From Opitutia bacterium (lineage in GTDB: Bacteria > Verrucomicrobiota > Verrucomicrobiia > Opitutales > Opitutaceae): DNA of 64,000 nucleotides. Below are positions 29,492 through 40,620 of this stretch, piece after piece. Under the pieces are notes generated by a model. The model was not told the origin of the DNA. It saw only the letters and a program-made list of their open reading frames with translations, and ran no database searches. How positions within the stretch are numbered: the stretch's first letter is position 1; each line of letters opens with the position of its first letter. The stretch is taken from assembly GCA_947478395.1 (NCBI GenBank), contig CANJVR010000002.1, positions 128,001 through 192,000 of the forward strand. The letters run 5' to 3'. Made by a program: the position numbers and the translations under genes.

Positions 29492-30529
29492 TCACTTGAA
29501 AAATCCGGCCGCCAGCAAGCCACCGAGTACCGCAGCCACAATCAGCCGGTACCAGGCGAAAAGTGCGAGACCATGCCGGGTCAGCCAGTCGACGAGAAAG
29601 CGGACCGCTAACGCGGCTGTGACCGCCGCGACCACCGCGCCGAGTATCACATGCGACCAGCCGAACACTTCAATCATGGCGGCACCGCTCTTGTAGCTTT
29701 TGAAGAGCGTGGCCGCGGAGAGCGTCACGAAACCGAGCAGAAAACTGAACTCGGCGCTCCGCCGCGGATCGAGGCCGGAAAAATATCCGCCGACGATTGT
29801 CATCATCGAGCGACTGGTTCCCGGCCACATCGCCACGCACTGCAAGAGGCCGATTCGCGCGGCCTGACCGACGGTAAGAGCAAGCTCGGGTTTTGGTGCC
29901 AGGGTGCGCTGTTTGCGCCAGGCTTCCGCATACAACATCAGCGCAGCGCCGGCCACTTGGGCCACGATGACGGCGGGAACGGAAAACAAGTGTGTATCGA
30001 TCCAGTCGTGGGCGAGCAGGCCGATCACGGCGGCAGGAACAAACGCGATCGTGATCACAATCAGCAAACGCCGTCCGGCTGGATCACGGCCCCGCAGGCC
30101 ACGTGCCATCGCCCGCAATTGCGCCCAGTAAAGCAGAGCGACGGCGCCGATGGCGCCGAATTGAATCACGACGTTGTAGGTGTCGGCGGCTAATTTTAGC
30201 GTGAGCGGAACCCCGGCGGGATTTTTTGCCGACGGCTTTTTATACCAGAGCGTCCCGCCGCCTTTACCGGTGAGCGGTTGCTCCGATTCGAGTCCCAGAA
30301 AATGGGAGGCAATGATGAGGTGTCCGGTGGACGAAATCGGTAGAAACTCGGTCACACCTTCAACGACGCCGAGGATCACGGCGTCGCGTGTGGTCAGCTC
30401 GGCGGCCGCGGTCGCGGCTGGCGGAGGAGTTGGTTCAACCGCTGCAGTGGCGCCGAAAGTCGGAAGGATCATGGGCCACAGGCCCAGCGCGGAGAGAATA
30501 AATTTTCGCACGGTCGTTGGTTTCAACAT
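29492..30529 (-). CDS. uppP: Undecaprenyl-diphosphate phosphatase (BacA) with N-terminal extension
   Basis: LGVVEGVTEFLPISSTGHL, IQFGAI, PGTSRS, AEFSFLL, FAWYR; start uncertain. Confidence 0.93.
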   Translation of the reverse strand: MLKPTTVRKFILSALGLWPMILPTFGATAAVEPTPPPAATAAAELTTRDAVILGVVEGVTEFLPISSTGHLIIASHFLGLESEQPLTGKGGGTLWYKKPSAKNPAGVPLTLKLAADTYNVVIQFGAIGAVALLYWAQLRAMARGLRGRDPAGRRLLIVITIAFVPAAVIGLLAHDWIDTHLFSVPAVIVAQVAGAALMLYAEAWRKQRTLAPKPELALTVGQAARIGLLQCVAMWPGTSRSMMTIVGGYFSGLDPRRSAEFSFLLGFVTLSAATLFKSYKSGAAMIEVFGWSHVILGAVVAAVTAALAVRFLVDWLTRHGLALFAWYRLIVAAVLGGLLAAGFFK

Positions 30530-30869
30530 CGGGCTGATGGCGCAAATTTATTTGCTCGGTCCTTGGCGCGAGGCTCTAGCCCGGATCGTTCGCGCGGAAG
30601 CGAAGACCACCTTTGGGGGCTTCGAGCACACGGAGCGCTGACACCGAGTTCGCCGCGGTAAACCCGATGACTTCGCTCGCGCGGCCCGGGCTCCGACGGG
30701 CTCCGACACGGTGATAGCCTGAAGAAATGCGGCCCGCGTTGTGGCCGGCCATGGTTTCGGAAGGTATGATACTCTGGCTCCCGCTCCGATATTTCAACGG
30801 CCGGTTGAGGCCTCGCGATGTGCAAGAAAACTTGCGGCCCGCCCGTCGCTTCGCTCTCTCGAGAGTTCC

Positions 30870-31916
30870 ATGGCCGATTTCGCCTTGCTCATTCCTGCGC
30901 TGATTGACGGTCGCGATTTAACCGCGCCCGAGGTAGAGGCGGCGGCGCAGGCGCTCGCTTCGAGCGAAATCGGTGATGAAATTAAGGCCGATTTTCTGAC
31001 GGCCTTGGGGTCAAAGGGGGAATCAGCCGACGAGATTGCCGGTTTTGCGCGCGCTTTTCGCGAACGGGCCATCGATCCGGGTGTGTCGGCTTGGGCTTCG
31101 CGCGCCATCGATATCGTCGGCACGGGCGGCGATCATGCAGGCGGGTTCAATATTTCCAGCGTCGTTGTCCTCGTGCTCGCCTGCGCCGGCGTGCCGGTCA
31201 TGAAACATGGCAATCGCGGGATCACGTCCAAGTGCGGCAGCGCCGATTTGCTGGCGGGGCTCGGGGTCGACTTGGCCGCATCGCCCGAGAAACTCCGGCT
31301 CGCCCTCGACCAGCTGGGCTACGTTTTTTTCTTCGCGCCGAATTATCACCCCGCATTCAAGCACATCGCACCGGTGCGCAAGGCACTCGCCGCGCGCGGC
31401 CGACGTTCGGTGTTTAATATTCTTGGTCCGTTGATTAATCCGGGGCGCCCGGCCCATGTCTTGCTCGGCGTGTTTGCCGATGCCGGGGTGCCGAAACTGG
31501 CCGGGGCGTTGGAATCGCTCGGCTGCGCCGCCGGCGTGGCGGGACACGGCATTTTGGGTCCAGGGCAGGGCATCGACGAAATCACGACCGCAACCCCGAA
31601 CCGCGTGCGCGGCGCGGGCCGGCTGCGCGCGCTCGACGAAACCTGGCGGGCCGAGGATTTTGGGCTGCCCGTAGCTCCGTTCGCTGAACTTCAAGGCGGC
31701 GACCTCACCGCGAACCTTGCGATCGTCGAGGCGGTGCTGGCGGGCCGTGGTCCGGCGGGCCTCGTCGACACCATCGTGCTTAATGCCGCCATCGGGCTCT
31801 GGCTCGTGCAAAAAACCGCGTCGGTGCGCGAGGGCCTGCCCATCGCGCGTGCGTTGCTGCTCGGCGGTGCGGTGCGCGCGAAAATCGCCGCGACGCGGGA
31901 GTTCTACCGTGGATAG
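30870..31916 (+). CDS. trpD: Anthranilate phosphoribosyltransferase
   Basis: DIVGTGGD, FNISS, KHGNR, SKCGSADLL, FAPNYHPA, FNILGPLINP; ATG at 30870. Confidence 0.96.
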   Translation: MADFALLIPALIDGRDLTAPEVEAAAQALASSEIGDEIKADFLTALGSKGESADEIAGFARAFRERAIDPGVSAWASRAIDIVGTGGDHAGGFNISSVVVLVLACAGVPVMKHGNRGITSKCGSADLLAGLGVDLAASPEKLRLALDQLGYVFFFAPNYHPAFKHIAPVRKALAARGRRSVFNILGPLINPGRPAHVLLGVFADAGVPKLAGALESLGCAAGVAGHGILGPGQGIDEITTATPNRVRGAGRLRALDETWRAEDFGLPVAPFAELQGGDLTANLAIVEAVLAGRGPAGLVDTIVLNAAIGLWLVQKTASVREGLPIARALLLGGAVRAKIAATREFYRG

Positions 31917-33267
31917 TCCATCGACCGTCCGGAAGTTTTTCGGGACCGATGGTGTCCGTGGCCCCTATGGAGGCCCGGTCATTAATGAACGCTTTGCCTA
32001 CCGTCTCGGCGCCGCCGCGGGCCGGTGGCTGATTTCCCGTGGGACCGTGAACGCTCTGGTGGTGATCGGCCGCGACACCCGCGCGTCGGGCGAATCGCTG
32101 ACCCGTGCCCTTGCGGCCGGTCTGAGCGCGCAAGGCGTCCAGCCGTGCGACCTGGGCATCCTGCCGACGCCGGCGGTTGCGCGCGCGGTCGTCACCGAGC
32201 GGGCCGCGCTGGGGGTTGTTGTCACCGCTTCGCACAATTCGGCGGCGGACAACGGCATTAAGTTTTTCGGCGCGCACGGCGTGAAACTCACCGATGCCGA
32301 CGAACTGCAGATCGAGTCGTGGCTGCGCGACGAAGCGTTGCCGACGGATTTTCAATTGGCGCCGTTGGCGGCCCGTCCAGCGATTGGCGCCTATGTTGCC
32401 GCGATGGCAGCGTTGCTGCCGCCGCGCGCGCTGGCTGGCTGGCGCATTGTGTTGGACACCGCGCATGGCGCCACGGCGATGACGAGTCCGCTGGTTCTAC
32501 GGGCGCTGGGGGCCGAGGTGATCGGAATCGGTGACGCGCCGGACGGGATGAATATCAACGCGGACGTGGGCAGCGAACATCCGGAGCAGCTCGCCGCCCG
32601 CGTGATGGCGACCGGCGCGCAACTGGGGATCGCGCACGACGGCGACGGCGACCGCTGCGTGTTGTGCGATGAGACGGGATCGATTCTCGACGGCGACGAA
32701 ATCCTCACCGTGCTCGCGACCCACGCGCAGGGGAAGGGGGCGTTGCAGGCTAACACTCTCGTCGTGACGGTGCAGAGCAATTTGGGTGTCGACGCCGCGC
32801 TGGCTGCACTCGGCGGTCGAGTTCTGCGCACGGCGGTCGGCGATCGCTACGTGATCGAGAAGATGCGCGCGGCGGGTGCGACTCTTGGCGGCGAATCGAG
32901 TGGTCATATTATTTGCGCCGACATTTCGCCAACAGGCGATGGTTTGGTGGCTGCGCTCAAGGTCATCGCAGTGATGCTCGCGACTTCGCAGCCGCTGTCG
33001 GAGCTGCGGAAGGTCTTGAAGAAATTTCCGCAGGTGAGTGCGACGCTCAAGGTGCGGGAGAAACGCGCGTTGAATTCGTTGACCGCGTTGGCGGCGGCGA
33101 TTCGTGCGCTCGAAACGGAACTGGGCGCTGCCGGCCGGGTGCTCGTGCGCTACTCCGGCACTGAGCCAAAGCTCAGATTTCTGGTGGAAGGCAGGGATCT
33201 CACGCAGGTGCGAGCGGGCCTCGATCGCATCGTAGCCGTCGCTCGCACTGAACTTGAAGTCCCCTGA
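31909..33267 (+). CDS. glmM: Phosphoglucosamine mutase
   Basis: FFGTDGVRG, GRDTRASG, TASHNS..DNGIK, DGDGDR, VGDRYV, GGESSGH, RYSGTEP; GTG start overlaps the trpD end. Confidence 0.93.
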   Translation: MDSPSTVRKFFGTDGVRGPYGGPVINERFAYRLGAAAGRWLISRGTVNALVVIGRDTRASGESLTRALAAGLSAQGVQPCDLGILPTPAVARAVVTERAALGVVVTASHNSAADNGIKFFGAHGVKLTDADELQIESWLRDEALPTDFQLAPLAARPAIGAYVAAMAALLPPRALAGWRIVLDTAHGATAMTSPLVLRALGAEVIGIGDAPDGMNINADVGSEHPEQLAARVMATGAQLGIAHDGDGDRCVLCDETGSILDGDEILTVLATHAQGKGALQANTLVVTVQSNLGVDAALAALGGRVLRTAVGDRYVIEKMRAAGATLGGESSGHIICADISPTGDGLVAALKVIAVMLATSQPLSELRKVLKKFPQVSATLKVREKRALNSLTALAAAIRALETELGAAGRVLVRYSGTEPKLRFLVEGRDLTQVRAGLDRIVAVARTELEVP

Positions 33268-33452
33268 AAATATCGATCGGCCAATTTGATGGCTGAACCC
33301 CCAGTCCGAAGCGGGCGCGCGCGAAAACTCGAGCCGTAGCGGCCCCTTTGACTTTCGCGCGCGGACGGCAAACAGCCCGGGCTTGGCCTCTGGCTCGTCG
33401 CTGACATCTAGCGTTGACCCGTTTCGCGGCTCGACTTCGATCCGGTTCCCGT

Positions 33453-34844
33453 ATGCCCGAAGTTTCCGTCGCTGCGCTCGACGTCCGCCAACAAAAGCTG
33501 ATCGAAAACGCGCGTACCGCGCTCGATCGCGGCCAACTTGACTACACGCTCGACGCTTGCACGCAGGTGCTCCGAGCAGTGCCCGGATGCCTGCCGGTGC
33601 GACGACTCCAGCGCATCGCGCAGCTGAAGGCGTTTCGGGAAAAAGGTAAGTTCGGCGTCAAGGCGTGGGGCGGATTTTCCACGGCGCCCTTTTTCTTTGC
33701 TGGTCGCAAGGATCCCGCGAAGACGCTGGAGCTGGCGGAAGACTCGCTGGCGAAAGACCCGACGAGCGTGCCGGCGCTTAAACTTCTGGCCGAGGCGGCG
33801 GGCGCGCTCGGTTTGCCTGAGACGGTGGCGTTCGCCCTCGATGCGATTCGCGAGTTGGAACCCACCAATCGCGCCAATCTTCTCGCGCTCGGTGAAGCCT
33901 GGCTGGCGGCGGGAAAACCAGCGGACGCGTTAAAGATCGTCGATCTCATGCTTGCGGCCAAGCCGGCCGACGCCGAGGCGCAGGCGCTGATGCGCAAGGC
34001 CTCGATCGCGCAAACGGTGACGAAGGGAAATTGGGATGTGAAAGGCACGTTCCGCGATAAGTTGCGCGACGAGTCGCAGGCCGTGTCGCTCGAACAGGCC
34101 AACAAAGTCGTCACGTCCGGCGAGATGACCCAGCGCCTTCTCGACGAAGCAATCGCGCGCGTGAAAAGCGAGCCGACCAATCTCAATCACTACCGCGCGG
34201 TGGTGCAGGGCTATCGTCAGCTCGGCCGTATCGACGATGCCCTCACGTGGGTGCGCCAGGCCCGGCAGTTGCCGTCGGCGGCGGCCGACGTGTCCTTTGA
34301 AAAACTGGAATTCGAACTGGAAACGTTGTTGCTCAGCGCCCGCTTGAAAACCGCTGAGGCGGCGCAGACCGCCGCACCGGGCGATACCGTACTCGGCGAA
34401 CAAGTAGCCGCGGCCAAGGCGGCCCTCGCCGCCTGGCGTCTGGCTGAGGCGAAGCGCACCGTGGAGCGTTATCCAAACGATTATCCGGCCCGCCAGGCGC
34501 TGGGGGAATTGTTGATGTCCGCGGGAGAGATCGACGCCGCCCTCGCGCAATTTCAGCAGGCGCAAAAAGGCCCGCCGGTACGCATCGCCGCGCTCTGTGG
34601 TCTCGGCCGCGGATTCAAAGCGAAGAAATTGTACGATCTCGCCGTCACGCAATTCACGACCCTGAAAGCCGAGCTCGGGCCGCTCGACGAGGTGAAGAAG
34701 GACGTACTCTACGAACTGGGCACCTGCCTCGAAGCAATGGGCCGGCGCGACGATGCGATCGCGGAATTCAAGATCATCTACAGTGAGGATATCGGTTTTC
34801 GCGACGTCGCTGATAAAGTGAACGCGTTCTACGCGAAGACCTGA
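33453..34844 (+). CDS. TPR-repeat protein, function unknown
   Basis: Multiple TPR-like helical pairs; C-terminal YELG...AIAEFKIIYSEDIGFRDV. Confidence 0.8.
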   Translation: MPEVSVAALDVRQQKLIENARTALDRGQLDYTLDACTQVLRAVPGCLPVRRLQRIAQLKAFREKGKFGVKAWGGFSTAPFFFAGRKDPAKTLELAEDSLAKDPTSVPALKLLAEAAGALGLPETVAFALDAIRELEPTNRANLLALGEAWLAAGKPADALKIVDLMLAAKPADAEAQALMRKASIAQTVTKGNWDVKGTFRDKLRDESQAVSLEQANKVVTSGEMTQRLLDEAIARVKSEPTNLNHYRAVVQGYRQLGRIDDALTWVRQARQLPSAAADVSFEKLEFELETLLLSARLKTAEAAQTAAPGDTVLGEQVAAAKAALAAWRLAEAKRTVERYPNDYPARQALGELLMSAGEIDAALAQFQQAQKGPPVRIAALCGLGRGFKAKKLYDLAVTQFTTLKAELGPLDEVKKDVLYELGTCLEAMGRRDDAIAEFKIIYSEDIGFRDVADKVNAFYAKT

Positions 34845-34897
34845 GGCGTTTTTTTGCCGTCATTCCTCCGCTTATTTTGATCGCCCGTTTTATCCCC

Positions 34898-35974
34898 ATG
34901 AAAATCCCACGTATCCCCGTCAGTCTCGTCGCTGTCGCCTGTCTTTCGATGGCGGCTTATGCCAACAGCCAGAACAAGGCGCTCGATGTTTATTGGATCG
35001 ATTCCGAAGGCGGCGGCTCGACGCTGATCGTCACGCCGACGAATGAGTCGGTCCTCATCGACGCCGGCAACCCCGGCGGTCGCGACCCGGCTCGCATCGT
35101 GGCGGCGGTCAAGGCGGCCGGGCTGACGAAGATCGATTACCTGCTCATCACGCACTGGCACGGCGATCATTTTGGCGGTTCGGCGGAATTGGCGGAGCTG
35201 ATCCCGATCGGCACGATCTATCAACGTGCGATCCCGGAGGGCGATCCCGACGGGAAAACCGCGACGACTTTTCCGCTGCGGAGCAAATCGTTCAAGGCGA
35301 TCCCGGCGAAGCGCGAGGCGCTTGCTCCGGGCGTCGTTATTCCCGTCCACGGTGTCGCGGGTGGAGCTCGCCTTGAGATCCGCTGCCTAGCCGCGGACCA
35401 AAAATTTATCGAACCGACGGCGGCTCAGCGCGCGGCGAAGCCGCAGGATTTGGGCACGGCGTCCGCTCATCCGCCTGAGACCGACATCGATAACGACAAC
35501 AGTGCGGTGTTCCTGGTCTCGTTCGGCGACTTCCGGTTTTTCGACGGCGGCGATCTCACCTGGGCTCATGAGCCAAAGCTCGTGCAGCCGGTGAATCTGG
35601 TGGGCTCCGTCGATGTATATCAGACGAATCACCACGGGCTCAATCGCAGCAATAACCCAATCTTTGTCCGCGGAATTTCTCCCACGGTTTCAGTCATGAA
35701 CAATGGCCCGCGCAAAGGCGGCAGCGCGGAGATACTCGCGATGCTCAAGGAGCTGCCGTCACTCAAGGCCAGTTATCAGCTGCACAAGAGCATGAATGTT
35801 CCGCCCGCCGACAATCCGCCCGACGCCTTCATCGCCAATCTCGAAGAGGCGAAGCCCGCGGACAAATGCCCGGCGAACACAATCCAGATGTCGGTCGCAC
35901 CCGACGGTAAGAATTACACGATCTCGATTCCGGCCAACGGGCATTCGACGACCTACGCGACAAAGGCAAAATAA
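34898..35974 (+). CDS. Secreted MBL-fold metallo-hydrolase (ComEC/Rec2 C-terminal-like)
   Basis: Signal peptide, IDSEGG, LIDAG, THWHGDH, NDNS, GGDL, NHHG. Confidence 0.88.
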   Translation: MKIPRIPVSLVAVACLSMAAYANSQNKALDVYWIDSEGGGSTLIVTPTNESVLIDAGNPGGRDPARIVAAVKAAGLTKIDYLLITHWHGDHFGGSAELAELIPIGTIYQRAIPEGDPDGKTATTFPLRSKSFKAIPAKREALAPGVVIPVHGVAGGARLEIRCLAADQKFIEPTAAQRAAKPQDLGTASAHPPETDIDNDNSAVFLVSFGDFRFFDGGDLTWAHEPKLVQPVNLVGSVDVYQTNHHGLNRSNNPIFVRGISPTVSVMNNGPRKGGSAEILAMLKELPSLKASYQLHKSMNVPPADNPPDAFIANLEEAKPADKCPANTIQMSVAPDGKNYTISIPANGHSTTYATKAK

Positions 35975-36063
35975 GCCGACCGCGTCGGCCGACGACCTCC
36001 CGCGGGCATCGGCCGCGAACTATTCGTCCCATTCGGTTTTGCTCAAGCGGAGTGAGCCGGCCC

Positions 36064-36101
36064 AAAAAAACGGCGCGCTGGAAACAGCGCGCCGTTTTTT
36101 T
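36064..36101. terminator. Bidirectional intrinsic terminator
   Basis: A run, CGGCGCGCTG-GAAA-CAGCGCGCCG stem, T run; between convergent genes. Confidence 0.9.
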
Positions 36102-36234
36102 ATAGCCTCGCTCATTCCGCTGGTCGGGCCGGTTGTTCTGCGCGCGGAATTAAGCCCAGCGACCAGCGGCTGGTCCTCCTCTGCGGTGGAGCGTCGTTGG
36201 CTCGCAGCGCACGATGCGCAACGGTACCGCTCGC

Positions 36235-37071
36235 TCAGGGCGTAGCTGGCATAGGAGCCGGTGGCGACTTAAGCGGCCCGATGCGCTTCGAATCAAAGGC
36301 GACGTTGTCGTAATAAACATCCAGGCCGTCGGGCACCTGACCAAAGGTGCGTACGCCAAAGCCGAAGTCGGCAAAGCCTTTGACCAGGTTCGTGTTTCCA
36401 AACGTTTTGAACGTGAAGACGTCTTTGCTGACCTCTTCGCCGTCGGCCCAGACGGTGAGCGAGTCGGGCGCGTCGTTGACTTCCCATTCGAGGCAGAACC
36501 ACTTGCCGGTTGGCAGGGTCTTGCCAAACGCCACGGCTTCGCCGCGCGCTTCGCGGGCCAGGCCCTGCATCTGCTGTTGATACGAAGTTTGGACCGCGCC
36601 CTTGTACATACCGACCTCGAGCCAGTTGGACTGGGGCCAGCCGGCGGTGCCGGAGTACGTGAGCACGGTGTGCTGCGGAGGACCGTTGGGTGAAATGTAA
36701 ACGTAAGCGCGACCGAACGCATGGCTGGAAAGCGCGTCCGGCAGACGCGTCGTGCCGACGAGCGCGATCGAGCGATTGACCGCGGCAGGAAGGTGCGCCT
36801 GCAGAACATATTTTCCATAGCCACCTTTGCCTTGCACAAGAGTAACGGTGCCGCCGTTGGCGACGTGAGGAGTCCAGATATCGGTTTTCAATTCGCCCGA
36901 CTCAAAATCATCGTTGAACGGAAGCGCGAGCGGCGGACCTTTTGCGACGGGAGCCGCGGGGGCGGCGGGAGCGACGTCCGCCCCGTTGATTGATAGAGGC
37001 GTGAGCACGTACATTAAGCCCGCACAAAGCGATGCGGCGCCGAGGGTGGAGATGATTTTTTTATTTAGCAT
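36235..37071 (-). CDS. Secreted beta-sandwich protein, Cip1/polysaccharide-lyase-like
   Basis: Signal peptide MLNKKIISTLG..., PAAP linker, FNDDFESG, FGRAYVY, LPTGKWFCLEW, VWADG, DVYYDNVAF..KRIG. Confidence 0.6.
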   Translation of the reverse strand: MLNKKIISTLGAASLCAGLMYVLTPLSINGADVAPAAPAAPVAKGPPLALPFNDDFESGELKTDIWTPHVANGGTVTLVQGKGGYGKYVLQAHLPAAVNRSIALVGTTRLPDALSSHAFGRAYVYISPNGPPQHTVLTYSGTAGWPQSNWLEVGMYKGAVQTSYQQQMQGLAREARGEAVAFGKTLPTGKWFCLEWEVNDAPDSLTVWADGEEVSKDVFTFKTFGNTNLVKGFADFGFGVRTFGQVPDGLDVYYDNVAFDSKRIGPLKSPPAPMPATP

Positions 37072-37364
37072 GGGGAGGGGATGAGGGGGCGGAGTTATGG
37101 ATCGGAGGACTTTCAGGATCAAGGCCACAACCCACCGATCGCTGCGGTAATCTGCCCGGGCCGATTTCATTAACTTAAAATCATGCCTAACCTTGGCGAT
37201 CATGGCATGACCGACGCAGGTTAACGGTATCGGGCCAGACCAAGCGACCAGCGGACGAAACAGCCCTCCCGGCTTCGTTAAAACTCCGGTGCCTCCGCTC
37301 TGCACCGGATCAATCCGGTTGTTTGATTTTGAACCGAACCGATTATCCAGGGGCGGTGACCGCT

Positions 37365-40271
37365 TCAGTCAGCCTTTGCCGCTTCAGTGAACGCTTCCAT
37401 ACCCACGCACGAGCAGATGAGATTGCGGTCGCCGTAGACGTTGTCGACTCGACCCACGCTCGGCCAGAATTTGCTGGCTCGCGTCCATGAGGCGGGAAAC
37501 GCGGCGAGATCGCGCGAGTAGGGACGATCCCAATCGTCCGAGCAGACGGCCTTCGCCGTGTGCGGCGCGTGCTTCAGCGGATTGTTCGTTTTGTCGGATT
37601 CGCCGTTCACCACCGCTTGCATCTCGCCGTGGATGGAAATCATCGCGTCGCAAAACCGGTCTAGTTCGCTCTGCGCCTCGCTCTCGGTCGGCTCGATCAT
37701 GAACGTGCCTGGGACGGGAAACGACATCGTCGGAGCGTGATAGCCATAATCCATCAGGCGTTTCGCCGCATCCTCGACTTCGACGCCGTGTTTTTTCCAG
37801 CCGCGAAGATCGACGATGCATTCGTGAGCGATCAAACCCGCGTTGCCGCGGTAGAGCACCGGGAAGAAACGCCCGAGACGTTGCGCGACGTAGTTGGCCT
37901 TGAGAATGGCGTGCTGGGTTGCCGCGGTGAGGCCGTCGGGGCCCATCATGCGAATATACATCCAGGAAATAACGAGGATGCTGGCGCTGCCGTAAGGCGC
38001 GGCGGAAACCGCGCCGGGTTTTGAGATTTGGGTTTTGAGTTTTGGGTTGCCGGATGTTTCCCCGCAGATGTGACCGGGCAAGTAGGGCACCAGATGCGCT
38101 GCGACGCCGATCGGACCCATGCCAGGACCGCCGCCGCCATGGGGAATGCAAAAAGTTTTGTGTAGATTGAGATGGCAGACATCCGCTCCGATGTGACCGG
38201 GTGAGGTCAGGCCGACTTGGGCGTTCATGTTCGCTCCATCCATGTACACTTGTCCGCCGTGCGCGTGAATGGTGGCGCAGATATCCTTGATCGCATTTTC
38301 GAACACCCCGTGCGTCGACGGGTAGGTCACCATGAGCGCGGCGAGATTTTTTGAGTGCGCGCTCGCCTTGGCCGTGAGGTCAGCGAGGTCGATATTGCCG
38401 TTGGCGTCGCACGCCACCGGCACGACCGTGAAGCCACACATCGAAGCCGTGGCGGGATTCGTACCGTGGGCACTGGTGGGAATCAGGCACACGTTGCGGT
38501 GGCCCTCACCGCGGGCCTGATGGTGGGCTCGAATCACCAGCAAGCCGGCGTACTCGCCTTGCGAGCCGGCATTCGGTTGCAGCGAGATCCCGGCGAAACC
38601 GGTGATCTCGGCGAGCCAGGCTTCGAGGTCTTGGAAAATCCGCGCATAGCCGCGTGTTTGTTCCGCCGGCGCGAAGGGATGGAGTTTTCCGATCTCGGGC
38701 CATGAGACGGGAAACATCTCCGATGTGGCGTTCAGCTTCATCGTGCACGAACCGAGCGAAATCATCGAGTGGCACAGCGAGAGATCCTTGGCCTCGAGCC
38801 GCTTGATGTAGCGGAGCATCTCGTGCTCGGTGTGGTAGCGGTTAAATGTCTCGGCGGTGAGAAAGGCGGAATTCCGCGCGCAGGACGAAGCGAAGCTCGC
38901 TAGTTTTTCGTCGAACGCCGACGGTTGCAGTTCCGCGGCGGCAGCTTCGCTGAAGAAAGATAGCAAGGTGCGCACGTCGTCCACCGTGGTGGTTTCGTCG
39001 AGCGAAAGACCCACCGTGTGGGCGTCCATGTGACGCAAATTGAATTTTTTGGCTTCGGCGGCCGCGTGCACGCGAGCGGCGGCGACGTTCGAGACCGTCA
39101 GCGTATCGAAAACCGGCTCGACGTTCACGCGGGCGCCGGCGGCTCGGAGGCCGGCCATCAAAATTTCGGTGAGAAATTTTACGCGCCGGGCGATCCGGCG
39201 GAGTCCTTCGGGTCCGTGATACACGGCGTACATCGAGGCCATGACGGCGAGCAGGACTTGGGCAGTGCAGATGTTGGACGTCGCCTTGTCGCGGCGGATG
39301 TGTTGCTCGCGCGTGCCGAGGGCGAGGCGCAGCGCGGGATCGCCCTGCGTGTCCTTGGAAACACCCACGAGACGTCCGGGCATTTGACGTTTGAATGCAT
39401 CCTTCGTGGCGAGGAAACCCGCGTGCGGTCCGCCGCAGCCGAGCGGCACGCCAAAACGCTGGGCCGAGCCCACGGCCACATCCGCCCCAAATTCGCCGGG
39501 CGGGCGGAGCAGGGTAAGAGCGAGCAGGTCGGTCGCTACGATGGTGAAGGCACCCGCGGCGTGAGCGGCCGTGAAGAATTGCTCGAAGTCGTGAATCGAG
39601 CCGGTGGTGTCCGGATATTGCACGAGCACGCCGAAGCAATCCGAGGTCGGGGCGAACGTGCGGTGGTCGCCCACGATTACATCGATGCCAAGCGGCGTCG
39701 CTCGGGTCTTAACGATGTCGAGCGTTTGCGGGTGACATTTTTCCGAAACGAAAAACCGGCGGTGCGCGGTCGCCGCGCCTTCCTTGAGGCGGTGGCACAT
39801 GGTCATCGCCTCGGCGGCGGCCGTCCCTTCGTCGAGCATGGAAGCGTTGGCGATTTCCAAGCCGGTGAGATCGGTCACGAGCGTTTGAAAATTCAGCAGA
39901 GCCTCGAGCCGGCCTTGGGAAATCTCCGCCTGGTACGGCGTGTAGGCCGTGTACCAGCCGGGATTTTCCAGGATTGTGCGCTGGATAACGCCGGGCGTGT
40001 GTGTGTCGTAATAGCCGGCGCCGATGCAGCTGCGGAAAACTTTATTTTCGCTCGCGATGCCCTTGAGCTCTGCGAGCGCCGCCGTTTCGCCGAGAGCCGC
40101 GGGCAGATTGAGTGGACCGCGCCGAATGTGCGGCGGTACGGCGGCATTCACCAAGGCCTCAACGGAAGGGTATCCCAGTAACTCGAGCATCGCGGTCGTT
40201 TCGGCGGGTGTGTCGCCCGTGTGGCGGCGCGCAAACGTATCGGTGGGGGCGAGTAGGTCGAGGGAGGCCAT
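37365..40271 (-). CDS. gcvP: Glycine dehydrogenase (decarboxylating), glycine cleavage P protein
   Basis: [64 protein letters not shown] at 40271. Confidence 0.98.
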   Translation of the reverse strand: MASLDLLAPTDTFARRHTGDTPAETTAMLELLGYPSVEALVNAAVPPHIRRGPLNLPAALGETAALAELKGIASENKVFRSCIGAGYYDTHTPGVIQRTILENPGWYTAYTPYQAEISQGRLEALLNFQTLVTDLTGLEIANASMLDEGTAAAEAMTMCHRLKEGAATAHRRFFVSEKCHPQTLDIVKTRATPLGIDVIVGDHRTFAPTSDCFGVLVQYPDTTGSIHDFEQFFTAAHAAGAFTIVATDLLALTLLRPPGEFGADVAVGSAQRFGVPLGCGGPHAGFLATKDAFKRQMPGRLVGVSKDTQGDPALRLALGTREQHIRRDKATSNICTAQVLLAVMASMYAVYHGPEGLRRIARRVKFLTEILMAGLRAAGARVNVEPVFDTLTVSNVAAARVHAAAEAKKFNLRHMDAHTVGLSLDETTTVDDVRTLLSFFSEAAAAELQPSAFDEKLASFASSCARNSAFLTAETFNRYHTEHEMLRYIKRLEAKDLSLCHSMISLGSCTMKLNATSEMFPVSWPEIGKLHPFAPAEQTRGYARIFQDLEAWLAEITGFAGISLQPNAGSQGEYAGLLVIRAHHQARGEGHRNVCLIPTSAHGTNPATASMCGFTVVPVACDANGNIDLADLTAKASAHSKNLAALMVTYPSTHGVFENAIKDICATIHAHGGQVYMDGANMNAQVGLTSPGHIGADVCHLNLHKTFCIPHGGGGPGMGPIGVAAHLVPYLPGHICGETSGNPKLKTQISKPGAVSAAPYGSASILVISWMYIRMMGPDGLTAATQHAILKANYVAQRLGRFFPVLYRGNAGLIAHECIVDLRGWKKHGVEVEDAAKRLMDYGYHAPTMSFPVPGTFMIEPTESEAQSELDRFCDAMISIHGEMQAVVNGESDKTNNPLKHAPHTAKAVCSDDWDRPYSRDLAAFPASWTRASKFWPSVGRVDNVYGDRNLICSCVGMEAFTEAAKAD
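38016..38048. repeat. Heptamer tandem repeat inside gcvP
   Basis: GGGTTTT GAGATTT GGGTTTT GAGTTTT GGGTT; encodes [11 protein letters not shown] on the minus strand. Confidence 0.75.
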
Positions 40272-40591
40272 GAATGGATCGGGCAACGGTAGGCGCGTCA
40301 TCACATCGCGCAATCGCGATTTGGAACGCCGGAGATTCAGTTGGTCTGCTGATGTGTTTCGTGTCGCGGCGTAATCGATGCCCAAAGTTTACCTCGCGCG
40401 TCCCGACCGCATTTCGGCCATCGATTTAGCAACCGGGCGGGCAGCGGAAACGCTTCGCAGCCTATCGGAATAACAATTCGCCTGCGGATCAGTCCGTTGG
40501 GGCGCGCTGGCCGGTATTCTTATCCGCTGCACCGGTGCCGCGACCCTCAGTCGCTCGCCGGCGCGCATGCGTGCACGGGGTCTTGACTCAT

Positions 40592-40620
40592 TTGTCACGC
40601 CGCTGACGCGGCTTCGTCAC
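40592..40620 (+). promoter_or_regulatory. Pho-box-like 11-bp-phased direct repeats upstream of the TBDR
   Basis: TTGTCAC (40592), CTGACGC (40603), TCGTCAC (40614), just after TTGACT. Confidence 0.45.

Noticed and set aside
30687..30707. CGGGCTCCGA tandem duplication between uppP and trpD
   Set aside because: Only two 10-bp units in GC-rich DNA, with no support for function
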